A stretch of 64,000 nucleotides of DNA, taken from the NCBI GenBank assembly GCA_963748815.1, contig CAVVKJ010000009.1, positions 100,004-164,003 of the forward strand. The letters run 5' to 3'. Below the pieces are notes generated by a model. That model was not told where the DNA came from. It did not search any database and saw only the letters and a program-made list of their open reading frames with translations. Below, piece after piece: positions 47,888 to 58,500 of the stretch (positions are counted from its first letter, which is position 1; each line of letters starts with the position of its first letter). The DNA is from an uncultured Gemmatimonadales bacterium. GTDB lineage: Bacteria; Gemmatimonadota; Gemmatimonadetes; Gemmatimonadales; GWC2-71-9. A program made the translations under genes and the position numbers.

Positions 47888-50590
47888 ATGCCCTTCCCGC
47901 GCCATCAGCTTCGAACGCCGATCCTCCTGGCCGCGGTCCTGGCGGCGGCCCCGCTGGCCGCCCAGACGAGCAACCCCGGGGATGGCAAGGTTGCGCGTGC
48001 GACCCACGTACCCGGCTCGGCACCACACATCGACGGGCATCTGGATGACCCAGCATGGGCCACCGCCGAGTGGTTCACGGACTTTGCCCAGAAGGACCCG
48101 ATCGTCAACGGGGTGCCCACCGACAGCACCGCTGTCGCCTTCCTGTACGACAGCGACGCCCTGTATGTCGGCGCGCGGCTCTGGAGCGGTCGCGTCTCCG
48201 AAATCCCCCGGCCGGTCACGCGGCGGGACCAGTACAGCAACAGTGAGTATTTCATCGTCGCGCTCGATCCCTATCACGATCAGCGCACCGGGTACTCGTT
48301 CAGCGTCAGCTCCGGGGGCGTCCTGGGAGATTCGTACCACCCCGAGGACGAGGAAGACAACCGGGACCCCGCCTACAATCCAGTCTGGCAAGCCCGGATC
48401 TCGTTCGACAGCCTGGGCTGGTATGTCGAGATGCGGATCCCCTTCTCCCAGATCCGGTTCAACAAGCAGGCCGTGCAGGAATGGGGGCTCAACATCAACC
48501 GGTGGCGCCCCGGGTTCAACGAGGACATCTACTGGGTCGTCATTCCCCGGACGCAGTCGGGGTTCTTCTCGCATTTCGGCACGCTGACCGGGATGAACGA
48601 CATCCAGCCCCGGCGCACGGCGGAGTTCATCCCGTACATCGCCGGCACCGCCAACTTCGTCGGGGCGCCGGGCGAGGGCAATCCGTTCAACGACGGCAGC
48701 AGCTCCGATCTCCGTGCCGGCGCCGACTTCAAGGTGGGGCTCGGATCCAACCTGACGCTTGATGCCACGATCAACCCCGATTTCGGGCAGGTCGAGGCCG
48801 ACCCCGCCGAAGTCAACCTCAGCGCCTTCGAGACGTTCTTCCCGGAACAGCGGCCCTTCTTCATCGAGGGGAACCAGCTGCTCGAGGGGAACGGCCCGGG
48901 CTACTACTACTCCCGCCGCATCGGCGGCCAGCCCCGGGGCTACCCGACCGGCGACTTCGTCAACGACGCCGATTTCGTCGATGAACCCGGCTATGCCACC
49001 ATCCTCGGCGCCGCCAAACTGACCGGTCGGACGTCCTCCGGCATGTCGATCGGCGCACTCGCGGCGTTGACCCAACGTGAGTACGCCACCGCGTACATCG
49101 CCGATTCCAACGCCTATCAGGACATCGCGGTCGAACCAACCACGTTCTATGCCGTCACCAGGGCCCAGCAGGAGGTCGGGAGCTCCGCCTCAACGGTCGG
49201 GGTGACGCTGACGGCACTCTCCCGCAGCTTCAGCGATGCGACGCCGCTCTCCCTGCAGATGGTCAACAAGGCGTTTTCGGGTGGCGCCGACTGGCTGGCC
49301 CGGCTGAGCGGCGGCCTGTACCAGATCAGTGGCCACGCCGGGTTCAGCTACATCAATGGTACCGAGGAATCCATCACGGCGGTGGCCACCTCCTCCGCCC
49401 ACTATTTCCAGCAACCCGACCAGGATTACCTCCCGCCCGTGCTCGGAGAGACCTCGATGGCCGGGTATTCCCTTGGCCTGGGCTTCGAAAAGACCGGGGG
49501 CAGGTATTGGACCGGCGGCGTCAACGCCGGGGCCGAGTCGCCTGGATTCGAGCTGAATGACGCCGGCCGGCTCAGCAGCGCCAACGATATCGACACGGAA
49601 GCCTTCATCAATTTCCGGGAAAACACGCCGGGAAAGACCTTTCGGAACTACCGCCTCGGGCTTTACGCCGCGTCGGGCTGGAATTTCGGTGGCACGAGGA
49701 CCTACTCGATCATCCGTCTCAACACCAACCAGACGTGGATGAACTACCTGCGCAGCTACCTCGGCGGGTTTTATCGCCCCGCTGGCACCAGCGACGACCT
49801 CACGCGCGGCGGGCCCTTGATGGGAACCGGCAGCGAGGGCGGGGCGGAGGTGAGCCTCGGCACGGGCGAGGCCAATGCGCTCCGGGGCAATCTCAACGCG
49901 GGCTTTACGACGGGACAATACGGGCGAGCTTCGCAGTACGCGAATGTCTTCCTCCTGGCGCGCCCCGGGAACCGGTGGCAGCTCTCGGTGCGCCCGACCT
50001 GGCAGCATTCCGTCAACCCGCGGCAGTACGTGACGGCGGTCGACGGCGGTACCGCAGCCACCTACGGGACGCGGTACGTGTTCGCATCCGTCGACCAGAC
50101 CACGCTGTCGATGCAGCTGCGGCTCAACTACTCCTTCTCGCCGACGCTGACGCTCGAGGTCTACGCCGAGCCCTTTGCATCGAGCGGAGCGTATGCGGAA
50201 TACGGCCAACTGACCGCCGCCGGGGAGCCGACCCTGCTCACGTACGGCACCGGGAACACGAGCATCGTGCAGGACCCTGGTGGCAACTATACCGTCACCG
50301 ACGGGAACAGCGGCCAGGTGTTTGCCCTGCCCAACAACGATTTCAACGTCCTCAGCTACCGGAGCAATGCCGTGCTCCGCTGGGAATACCGTCCCGGCAG
50401 CACCCTGTTCCTGATCTGGCAGCAGAACCGAAACTCCTTCTGTTCCGGCGGCTACGACTCGGGCATCTGCTACCAGGAAGACGTGGAAGCAGGGAGCGGC
50501 ATCCGGCCCGGCGACCTCCTCGAAACGCGCACCGTGCCGGGCGACAACGTGTTCGTCATCAAGGCCACGTACTGGCTCTCGCTGCACTGA
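47888..50590 (+). CDS. CBM9-like + DUF5916 outer-membrane beta-barrel protein
   Basis: IDGHLDD..W, VEMRIPFSQIRF, LDATINPDFGQVEADP, FFPEQRPFFIEG, C-terminal IKATYW. Confidence 0.85.
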   Translation: MPFPRHQLRTPILLAAVLAAAPLAAQTSNPGDGKVARATHVPGSAPHIDGHLDDPAWATAEWFTDFAQKDPIVNGVPTDSTAVAFLYDSDALYVGARLWSGRVSEIPRPVTRRDQYSNSEYFIVALDPYHDQRTGYSFSVSSGGVLGDSYHPEDEEDNRDPAYNPVWQARISFDSLGWYVEMRIPFSQIRFNKQAVQEWGLNINRWRPGFNEDIYWVVIPRTQSGFFSHFGTLTGMNDIQPRRTAEFIPYIAGTANFVGAPGEGNPFNDGSSSDLRAGADFKVGLGSNLTLDATINPDFGQVEADPAEVNLSAFETFFPEQRPFFIEGNQLLEGNGPGYYYSRRIGGQPRGYPTGDFVNDADFVDEPGYATILGAAKLTGRTSSGMSIGALAALTQREYATAYIADSNAYQDIAVEPTTFYAVTRAQQEVGSSASTVGVTLTALSRSFSDATPLSLQMVNKAFSGGADWLARLSGGLYQISGHAGFSYINGTEESITAVATSSAHYFQQPDQDYLPPVLGETSMAGYSLGLGFEKTGGRYWTGGVNAGAESPGFELNDAGRLSSANDIDTEAFINFRENTPGKTFRNYRLGLYAASGWNFGGTRTYSIIRLNTNQTWMNYLRSYLGGFYRPAGTSDDLTRGGPLMGTGSEGGAEVSLGTGEANALRGNLNAGFTTGQYGRASQYANVFLLARPGNRWQLSVRPTWQHSVNPRQYVTAVDGGTAATYGTRYVFASVDQTTLSMQLRLNYSFSPTLTLEVYAEPFASSGAYAEYGQLTAAGEPTLLTYGTGNTSIVQDPGGNYTVTDGNSGQVFALPNNDFNVLSYRSNAVLRWEYRPGSTLFLIWQQNRNSFCSGGYDSGICYQEDVEAGSGIRPGDLLETRTVPGDNVFVIKATYWLSLH

Positions 50591-50633
50591 GCACGGGCTT
50601 GCGTTCGCGGCGCGGCACACCAAGTGTTGTCCC

Positions 50634-51557
50634 ATGCGCATCGCCCTCTATACCAACAGCCGCGTGCCCGCCCAGCGATACGGGGGCACCCAGCGGGTCG
50701 TGACCTGGTTGGCGCGAGGCCTGGCGGAACACGGTCACGAGGTCATCCTCCTCGCCGAGCGCGGGTCGGTGCTCCCGGAAGCACGGGTGATTCCCCTGCC
50801 TGGCGCGGACCTCCGCAGGCCCAGCTTCAAAATCGACCTGCACCTGCCCCCCGGCGTCGACATCCTGCACGTACACGGATTGCTCCCCGGCTCGACGACC
50901 TGCCCGACCGTCAAGACCCTCCACGGGAATCGCCCGCCGGGGAGCAGCGCATCGACGAACACGATCTGCCTCAGCGCCGACCACGCCACCCGCCACGGGA
51001 CCACGGCGTTCGTGTACAACGGTCTCGATCTCAGGGAGTACCGGTTTGCCGCAACGAAGGACCGCTACGACCTGTTCCTCGGACGATTGCATGCCTCCAA
51101 GGGCCACCGATGGGCCGTCGCCGGTGCACGGCAGGCAGGGCGCCGCCTGCTCATCGCCGGAGCGTGGCGGCCATCGCTGCGCCGGTCACTCCGGTACGTG
51201 GGATCGGTCGGGGGAGAGCGAAAGGCGGCGCTGCTGGCGGGGGCGCAGTGCCTCTGGATGCCGGCACTCTGGGATGAGCCGTTCGGGCTGACGCTGATCG
51301 AGGCGCTGGCGAGCGGCACCCCGGTCCTCGGGACCCGCCGAGGCGCGCTGCCAGAAATCGTCACCCCGGCGGTGGGGGCCCTCGGGGATACGCTGGAGGA
51401 GCTCGTGGAGCTTCGGTCGACGATGGATCACCTGGATGCTGCGGCCTGCCGGTCACGCGTCGAGGAGAAGTTCACCCACCTCGTCATGGCGGAGAGCTAC
51501 GTCCGCATGTACCGCCACTTCCTTGCCACGGGGCGCCTGCCGCCAGGGCACGGCTGA
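50634..51557 (+). CDS. Glycosyltransferase family 4 (GT-B)
   Basis: YGGTQRVV, LFLGRL...KG, EPFGLTLIEALASGTPV. Confidence 0.88.
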   Translation: MRIALYTNSRVPAQRYGGTQRVVTWLARGLAEHGHEVILLAERGSVLPEARVIPLPGADLRRPSFKIDLHLPPGVDILHVHGLLPGSTTCPTVKTLHGNRPPGSSASTNTICLSADHATRHGTTAFVYNGLDLREYRFAATKDRYDLFLGRLHASKGHRWAVAGARQAGRRLLIAGAWRPSLRRSLRYVGSVGGERKAALLAGAQCLWMPALWDEPFGLTLIEALASGTPVLGTRRGALPEIVTPAVGALGDTLEELVELRSTMDHLDAAACRSRVEEKFTHLVMAESYVRMYRHFLATGRLPPGHG

Positions 51558-51567
51558 CCGGCCACCC

Positions 51568-52431
51568 TCACCCCAGTCGCTCCCCGATCGCTCCGGCGAA
51601 GCGTCCGGGTGCCGCCGCGTCCCACCTGAGAAACATCGAGGGCTCGGTCACCTCGAGTTCCAGGAGGCGCAACACACCATCCGAAGTCGCCAGCAGGTCC
51701 ACTCGGGCGTAGAGCGTGTCGCTCCGCAGCGCATCCAGCACCCGCTCCCCCGCAGCCAACTCGTCCCCGGTCGGCGTGACCGAGAGGACCCGCCCGCCAT
51801 GCTCCGTCTGGACCCGAAAGTCCCCGGCAGCGGGAATCTTCCGCACGGCGTGGCTGAACCGCCCGTTGAAATACAGCAGGCTGAGCTCCCCGGCCGTGGA
51901 GACCTCGGCGACGTACGGCTGCGCCATCATCGCCCGCTGGGTGAGCTGCTCCGTGAGAAACGCCTGGCCCTCCCCCATCGAGTCCGGCCCCGCAAGCCGC
52001 GTCCGCCTGGCCCCCGCCGAGACGACGGGCTTGAGCACCACGTCCTCCCACCCCTCCTCGCGAACCACGGCCGCCAGGTCCGCCGTCACGCCACGATCGA
52101 ACCAGCGGGTCGGCACGATGGGAACGCCCCCCTCGGCGAGTTCCCGGAGATATCGCTTGTCGGTGTTCCAGCGGAGCATCGCCGCGGAATTCCAGAGGGG
52201 GCGAACGGCGGCGACCCGATCGGCCCACTCGAGGAAGGCGTCGATCTTGTTGGGGTAGTCCCAGGTGGTCCGGACCACGACGAGGTCGTAGGACGCCCAG
52301 TCCACTGCCGAGTCGTTCCAGACGAGGGGGAGTCCCTCGATGCCGATCTCGGCAAGGGCGGGAATGAGCGGGGCGTCTTCCTCATCGAGATCGGGAAGGG
52401 CCAGGCAGGTGGCAAGGGCGACTCGGGCCAT
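51568..52431 (-). CDS. RimK/glutathione synthetase-like ATP-grasp protein
   Basis: VVRTTWDY, WNTDKRYL, VLKPVVSAGA, GELSL, DFRVQ..HGG, YARVDL, ELEVTEPS. Confidence 0.82.
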   Translation of the reverse strand: MARVALATCLALPDLDEEDAPLIPALAEIGIEGLPLVWNDSAVDWASYDLVVVRTTWDYPNKIDAFLEWADRVAAVRPLWNSAAMLRWNTDKRYLRELAEGGVPIVPTRWFDRGVTADLAAVVREEGWEDVVLKPVVSAGARRTRLAGPDSMGEGQAFLTEQLTQRAMMAQPYVAEVSTAGELSLLYFNGRFSHAVRKIPAAGDFRVQTEHGGRVLSVTPTGDELAAGERVLDALRSDTLYARVDLLATSDGVLRLLELEVTEPSMFLRWDAAAPGRFAGAIGERLG

Positions 52432-52455
52432 GGGCAGGATTCGGTCGAGGGTGGT

Positions 52456-52490
52456 GAAAACGCAGCGGCCGGCCCGAAGGCCGGCCGCTG
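52456..52490 (-). terminator. Intrinsic terminator of tRNA-Pro
   Basis: 12-bp stem with a UUCG loop followed by cgtttt on the minus strand. Confidence 0.8.
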
Positions 52491-52494
52491 ATGA

Positions 52495-52568
52495 TCGGGA
52501 CGGCGGGATTTGAACCCGCGACCCCTGCAACCCCATTGCAGTGCGCTACCAGACTGCGCTACGTCCCG
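52495..52568 (-). tRNA. tRNA-Pro(GGG)
   Basis: Cloverleaf CGGGACGTAGCGCAGTCTGGTAGCGC...CTGCA-ATGGGGT-TGCAG...GGTTCAAATCC; CCA not encoded. Confidence 0.96.
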
Positions 52569-52664
52569 TGAATCGAGGCCCAAAACTAGCCCCTCACGCC
52601 GGCTTGGGGAAGGGGCCGCAGCCCGATATGTTGAATGCTCCCCCGTATTCACAGTGGAGCCGAC

Positions 52665-54608
52665 ATGGATCGCCGTTCCTTTGTCCACCGCAGCGCGAGC
52701 GGCGTGGCCGCCCTCGGCGCCCTGCGAGTCCTCTCCGCCTGCCGCCCAGACGCTCCCTCCGCCGCCGAGGACGCCCAATTCGTCGCCGTGCGGGAGCGGT
52801 ACTTCCTCAAGACCCTCGAGTTGAACCCCGTCACCTCGACCTATCTCGGCGGCGACGGCTACTCGCCAACTCTGGCGGCCACGAACGGGAAGCTCCGAGA
52901 CTTCAGCCCCGGCGCCCTGGAGGCGGAAGTCACCTTCCTGCAATCGATTCTGGCCGCGCTGGGGACGATCCCGACCGGGACCCTCACGGCCCAGTCCCGC
53001 GTGGACCACGCCGTCGTGCAGGCCCAGGCCGGGTACATGGTGCACCAGTTGGCCGAGCGACGGTACCAGGAGCGCTGCGTAGACACGTACGTCGCCGAGC
53101 CGTTCCGCGGCATCGACTGGCAAATCCAGGGCATGACGGATGCCGGCAACGGCCTGCTGGGCACGGAAGCCGAATGGGCGCTCGTGGTCGCCCGGGTCGG
53201 CTCGGTGCCCGCCTACGTGCAGGTCGCCGAGGCGAACCTTCTGGCGGGCAAGGCTGCCGGCAACCTCCCGGACCGACGCCTCGTCGCCCGGGACGGCGTC
53301 GCGGGCGCCGAGGCCAACGTCGAGTACTTCACCACCACCCTGCCCGGCCTGGCCGCGGAATACTGCGGGGATCGGCCGTTCGCCGCGGCGACCGTGACTC
53401 AGCTCAGGACTTCGGGCGCGGCCGCCGGCACGGCCTACGCGGGGCTGGCGACCTTCCTGGCCAAGACCTACGACCTCAACGAAACGATCGATCGATACGC
53501 CGTGGGCGAAGTGGAGTACGCCTGGCGAGTCAACAACTGCCTGCGCGATGACCGGACCCCGGCCGATCTCTTCGAATACGGAGCGGCCCAGGTGGCTGAA
53601 TACGAGGGGAAGGTATTCCGGGTGGCCGAGGAGGTATCGAAACAGGCCAACCTCGGGCTCCCGTTCGGCACCGACGCGGAGCAGCGGGCCAGCGTCCGGG
53701 CCGTCATGGACCACCTGGCCAAGGACTCCCCGAAGGACGACACCGAGCTGTTCGACTGGTACAAGGAAGCGGGGACCCGCGCCGTGGAGTATGGGCGGCA
53801 GAAGCAGATGTTCGACATCCCGGCGGACTACCGGCTCGTCGTCACCGAGACGCCGCCGGTCCTCCGCAGCACCACCGATGCATCGTACTACCCCGCCCCG
53901 CCCTTCAAGACCACCGGCGTCGGCCGGTTCTACCTGACCCCCACCGGGAACGACCCCGGGGCGCTCAAGCTCAACAACCGGAGCTCGGTGGCCACGACCG
54001 CGATCCACGAGGGATTTCCCGGGCATGACTGGGACTACAAGTACATGACGCAGCACGCGGCGGAGATCTCCGACATCCGCTGGCTCACGCCGGGCGCCGT
54101 CGAGGACTCCTTCTCGATGTGGGAAGACTCGATGTCGTCGGAGGGGTGGGCGCTCTACTCGGAGGAGCTGATGGCCGAGGCGTCCTCGGGCCGGCCCTAC
54201 GGATTCTACGAGCCGGGCGAGTACCTCTACATGCTGCAGGCGCAGCTGATGCGTGCCGTCCGGGTGCGCGTCGACGTCGGCATTCACACCGGCCGGATGA
54301 GCTTCGACGACGCCGTGGACTATTTCGCGGCCCACGTCGACTTCTTCCCGAACGCGCGCGCGGGCCAGGGCAAAGACCCGGTGGCCAAGGCGGCGTTCGA
54401 CAACGCCAACCGCGCCATCTACCGCTACTCCAAGTGGCCGACCCAGGCCATCACCTACAACCTCGGCAAGCACAACATCCAGGAGCTGCGCGCCGCCGCG
54501 GAGCAGCGACAGGGATCGACCTTCGACCTGAAGGCCTTCCACGAGAAGTTCATGGGGATGGGGACGATCCCGACCGGCTACTTCCGGGAGGACTTCCTCA
54601 CGGGGTGA
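52665..54608 (+). CDS. DUF885 family metallopeptidase-like protein, Tat-exported lipoprotein
   Basis: MDRRSF twin-Arg, LSAC lipobox, HEGFPGH, EGWALYSE, RVRVDVGIH, PTQAITY, DLKAFH. Confidence 0.88.
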   Translation: MDRRSFVHRSASGVAALGALRVLSACRPDAPSAAEDAQFVAVRERYFLKTLELNPVTSTYLGGDGYSPTLAATNGKLRDFSPGALEAEVTFLQSILAALGTIPTGTLTAQSRVDHAVVQAQAGYMVHQLAERRYQERCVDTYVAEPFRGIDWQIQGMTDAGNGLLGTEAEWALVVARVGSVPAYVQVAEANLLAGKAAGNLPDRRLVARDGVAGAEANVEYFTTTLPGLAAEYCGDRPFAAATVTQLRTSGAAAGTAYAGLATFLAKTYDLNETIDRYAVGEVEYAWRVNNCLRDDRTPADLFEYGAAQVAEYEGKVFRVAEEVSKQANLGLPFGTDAEQRASVRAVMDHLAKDSPKDDTELFDWYKEAGTRAVEYGRQKQMFDIPADYRLVVTETPPVLRSTTDASYYPAPPFKTTGVGRFYLTPTGNDPGALKLNNRSSVATTAIHEGFPGHDWDYKYMTQHAAEISDIRWLTPGAVEDSFSMWEDSMSSEGWALYSEELMAEASSGRPYGFYEPGEYLYMLQAQLMRAVRVRVDVGIHTGRMSFDDAVDYFAAHVDFFPNARAGQGKDPVAKAAFDNANRAIYRYSKWPTQAITYNLGKHNIQELRAAAEQRQGSTFDLKAFHEKFMGMGTIPTGYFREDFLTG

Positions 54609-55200
54609 GCGGAGCCGCCGGGAAGCGGCGCCAGAGGAGGCCCGCCACCGCGATGCCCAGCACCGCCCCAACGGTCACGTCGCTCAGGAAGTGCGCGCCC
54701 GCCAGGATGCGGCTCAGCGCGCACGCCGCGGCCAGGGCGTAGCAGACGGGTCGCGTGCGGGGAAAGAGCAGGCCGACCATGGCCAGCGCCCCAAACGCCA
54801 CCCCTGCGTGGCTGCTCGCCATCCCGAGTCCCGAGGTGCTGAACGGGCGGTCGTTCCACGCCCGGAAGAGGTATTCCCCCTCCCAGGCACCCGGCCGCAG
54901 CCGCCGGACGAGAATCTTCACCACCTCGGCGAGCCCTCCGCCCAGCGCCGCCGACCCGACCAGCAGCAGCCCGCGCCGCAGTGCCGCCCCGACGCCCTCC
55001 GCCGCGCGACGGGGCCAGTCGGTCAACACCAGCGCCGTGCCAGCGATGATCCAGGTGGGGAGAAATCCCTGGACGCGAAGGAGCCGGCCCAGGTCAGTGT
55101 TGGCGAACTTCGGGGCGGCAAGGTGGGCGAAGGCCCAGCCGTCGAGCAGGTGGGCAAGGATGATCGCGAGGAGGGACACCAGCAGGAACCGCTTGGTCAT
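54598..55200 (-). CDS. PAP2 family phosphatase
   Basis: K..VRR.RP, SSH and SR...AHF.SDV motifs. Confidence 0.88.
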   Translation of the reverse strand: MTKRFLLVSLLAIILAHLLDGWAFAHLAAPKFANTDLGRLLRVQGFLPTWIIAGTALVLTDWPRRAAEGVGAALRRGLLLVGSAALGGGLAEVVKILVRRLRPGAWEGEYLFRAWNDRPFSTSGLGMASSHAGVAFGALAMVGLLFPRTRPVCYALAAACALSRILAGAHFLSDVTVGAVLGIAVAGLLWRRFPAAPLTP

Positions 55201-55228
55201 CGGGGACCCCTCTCCCGGTGTCGGGAGC

Positions 55229-55256
55229 CGAAACGCCGTCCCCGAGAGGGACGGCG
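55229..55256 (-). terminator. Probable terminator after the tRNA pair
   Basis: Stem cgccgtccc/gggacggcg followed by ttt on the minus strand. Confidence 0.55.
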
Positions 55257-55267
55257 CTGGCGAGGAG

Positions 55268-55340
55268 AGCCACTGATCGGATTCGAACCGATGACCCCCG
55301 CATTACGAATGCGGTGCTCTACCGACTGAGCTACAGTGGC
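55268..55340 (-). tRNA. tRNA-Thr(CGT)
   Basis: GCCACTGTAGCTCAGTCGGTAGAGC...CCGCA-TTCGTAA-TGCGG...GGTTCGAATCC; CCA not encoded. Confidence 0.96.
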
Positions 55341-55387
55341 CGAACGGTGAAACAAAGGGGGCGCACATCTGTGCGCCCCGGTCTGTA

Positions 55388-55469
55388 TGCCCTGGCGCGG
55401 ATTCGAACCGCGACGCCTTTCGGCACTACCCCCTCAAGATAGCGTGTCTACCAGTTTCACCACCAGGGC
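55388..55469 (-). tRNA. tRNA-Leu(GAG)
   Basis: GCCCTGGTGGTGAAACTGGTAGACAC...CTATC-TTGAGGG-GGTAG, long variable arm, GGTTCGAATCC; CCA not encoded. Confidence 0.96.
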
Positions 55470-55480
55470 AGGCGGGCATC

Positions 55481-55509
55481 AACTTAGCGGTGCGTTCCCG
55501 GGGTGTCAA
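55481..55509 (-). promoter_or_regulatory. Sigma70 promoter of the tRNA-Leu/tRNA-Thr operon
   Basis: TTGACA-N17-TAAGTT ending 11 nt before tRNA-Leu. Confidence 0.8.
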
Positions 55510-55551
55510 CCTGCAATAAACCTCCACACGGCAACGACTTGTGGCGTATGG

Positions 55552-58500
55552 TCAGTTGATCGCGAACGCCGTACTAAGGGCCTGTGGAAGGACGCCGTCG
55601 TTGGCAGTGAGGGTATAGCCAGCCCCCGCGATGTCGATGGACAAACCACCGAAGGTGGCTACACCGCTCACCGGTGCCACTGCCCCGCCGCCGGTGAGGA
55701 CTCCGGGGCCTGGATTGGTCCCGATGCCCAGTCCGATGGGTGTCGCGGCGCTGGTTACGACGTTGCCGAAGGCATCGACGACACGCACCTCAACCGCCGG
55801 AGTGACCGTGGCGCCCGCCAGCGTCGTGGTCGGCTGAACCTGGAACTGAAGCGTGGTCGCGGCGCCGAAGGGATTCACGGTGTGCGCTGTCCCCGTCGAG
55901 GTGCTGGTGGCGAAGTTGGCATCGCCTGGATAGCTGGCCGTCACCGACTTCGCCCCCGCCGTCGTCGACGTGAGCGTGCAGGTGCCCACCACCACCGTCG
56001 CCTGACAGGTCGCCGCCCCGTCGCTCACCGTCACCAGCCCCGTCGGCGTGCCGCTGCCCGTCACCGTGAAGGCCACCGCGTAGCCCTGGCCCACCACCGT
56101 CGGCGTGCTCAGGTTCGTGGTGATCGCCGTCGTCGTCGCCGCCGGGGTCACCGTGTGCGCCGTCCCCGCGGAGGCACTGCCGGCGAAGTTCGTCGTCGCC
56201 CCGTAGGTCGCGATCACCGTCTTGGCCCCGGCCGTCGTCGAGGTCAGCGAGCAGGAGCCCGTCCCGCCCGTGAGCGCCACCGGCCCGCAGCTCGCCGCGC
56301 CGTCACTGACCGTCACCGTGCCGGCCGGCGTACCGCCGCCAGGCGCCGCGGCGGCCACCGTGAAGCTCACGGTGTAGCCCACACCCACCGCAGTCGCGGC
56401 GCTCAGGTCGCTGGTGATGGTCGTCGTCGTCGCCGCCGCATTGACCTGGTGGCTCGAGCCGGTCGAGAGACTCGCAGCGAAGTTGGCGTCGCCCGGATAG
56501 CTGGCCGTCACCGTCTTCGCCCCCACCGTCGTCGACGTGAGCGTACACGTGCCCACCGCCACCGTCGCCTGACAGGTTGCCGCCCCGTCGCTCACCGTCA
56601 CCAGCCCCGTCGGCGTGCCGCTGCCCGTCACCGTGAAGGCCACCGCGTAGCCCTGGCCCACCACCGTCGGCGTGCTCAGGTTCGTGGTGATCGCCGTCGT
56701 CGTCGCCGCCGGGGTCACCGTGTGCGCCGTCCCCGCGGAGGCACTGCCGGCGAAGTTCGTCGTCGCCCCGTAGGTCGCGATCACCGTCTTGGCCCCGGCC
56801 GTCGTCGAGGTCAGCGAGCAGGAGCCCGTCCCGCCCGTGAGCGCCACCGGCCCGCAGCTCGCCGCGCCGTCACTGACCGTCACCGTGCCGGCCGGCGTAC
56901 CGCCGCCAGGCGCCGCGGCGGCCACCGTGAAGCTCACGGTGTAGCCCACACCCACCGCAGTCGCGGCGCTCAGGTCGCTGGTGATGGTCGTCGTCGTCGC
57001 CGCCGCATTGACCTGGTGGCTCGAGCCGGTCGAGAGACTCGCAGCGAAGTTGGCGTCGCCCGGATAGCTGGCCGTCACCGTCTTCGCCCCCACCGTCGTC
57101 GACGTGAGCGTACACGTCCCCACCGCCACCGTCGCCTGACAGGTTGCCGCCCCGTCGCTCACCGTCACCAGCCCCGTCGGCGTGCCGCTGCCCGTCACCG
57201 TGAAGGCCACCGCGTAGCCCTGGCCCACCACCGTCGGCGTGCTCAGGTTCGTGGTGATCGCCGTCGTCGTCGCCGCCGGGGTCACCGTGTGCGCCGTCCC
57301 CGCGGAGGCACTGCCGGCGAAGTTCGTCGTCGCCCCGTAGGTCGCGATCACCGTCTTGGCCCCGGCCGTCGTCGAGGTCAGCGAGCAGGAGCCCGTCCCG
57401 CCCGTGAGCGCCACCGGCCCGCAGCTCGCCGCGCCGTCACTGACCGTCACCGTGCCGGCCGGCGTACCGCCGCCAGGCGCCGCGGCGGCCACCGTGAAGC
57501 TCACGGTGTAGCCCACACCCACCGCAGTCGCGGCGCTCAGGTCGCTGGTGATGGTCGTCGTCGTCGCCGCCGGGGTCACCGTGTGCGCCGCGCTGGTTGA
57601 GACGCTGCCTCCGAAATTGACGTCCCCTGCGTAGGTCGCCGTCAGGGACCGTCCAACTGCTGTCGGGAAGGTCAGGCTGCAGGCCCCAACCCCACCCACC
57701 AGAGTCGCGATGCAGCTCAAGGTTCCATCACTCACGGTCACCGTCCCGGTAGGCGTGCCTCCCACGCCGAGAACGGACACGCCAACCGAGACCACCTCAC
57801 CCACCACTGAGGGGTCAGGCGCGTCTGCCGTGATCGTCGTGGTCGATGCGCCCTTCGATACGGTGTGGCTCACGCCGAGCGACGTTGAAGTAGTAAAATT
57901 GAAGTTCAAGGGTGTGTACGCCGCCGTCAACGTGCGCGCCCCCGCACCCGTCGGCGTCAGGTTGCAGCTGCCCGCCCCCGATGCAAGCGCTGAGATCGTG
58001 CAGCTCGCGCCCAGGTCATCACTTACCAGCACGCTGCCGGTCGGGAAGGCTCCCGTGGCGGAAGTGACGGACACGGTTACCGCAATTGCACCCCCGAGGG
58101 TAACCGGATTCGGCGTATGCGCGTTGATGGCGGTCGTCGTGGCGGCGCCGTTCACCGTGAGACCGACGCCGGAAGATGCGCTGGTCAGGTAATTGGCGTC
58201 CCCGGCATAGGTGGCCGTCAAGGTCTTGGACCCTTGCGACGCCGGTGTGTAGCTGCAGCTGCCGGCCGCCACCGTGGCCGAGCACCCGGTGGCCCCATCG
58301 CTCACTGACACGCTACCCGTCGGGGTACCAGTACCCGGCGCGGCGGCCGCCACGCCGAAGTTCACGGTGACGAGCTGGCCGAAGCTTGCCGGGTTCGGCG
58401 TGACCACCCCGATCGTCGTGGTGGTCGCCGCCCTGGTGACGTTGTGCGGCTCGGTGTCGCTGGCGCCGTTGAAGTTCGCATCTCCGGCATAGGTTGCCGT

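Noticed and set aside
52495..52568. tRNA-Pro(GGG) as a +1 frameshift suppressor explaining the many +1 shifts
   Set aside because: The anticodon loop is a normal 7 nt (ATGGGGT), and the shift sites are not consistently CCC-N.
52495..55469. tRNA-anchored genomic island or prophage
   Set aside because: No integrase and no duplicated tRNA 3' end were seen; the intervening genes look native.
55910..57572. CRISPR array or DGR template/variable repeat
   Set aside because: Units are 567 bp, in-frame coding and contiguous, with no unique spacers, no adenine-specific variation, and no cas or reverse transcriptase gene in the window.
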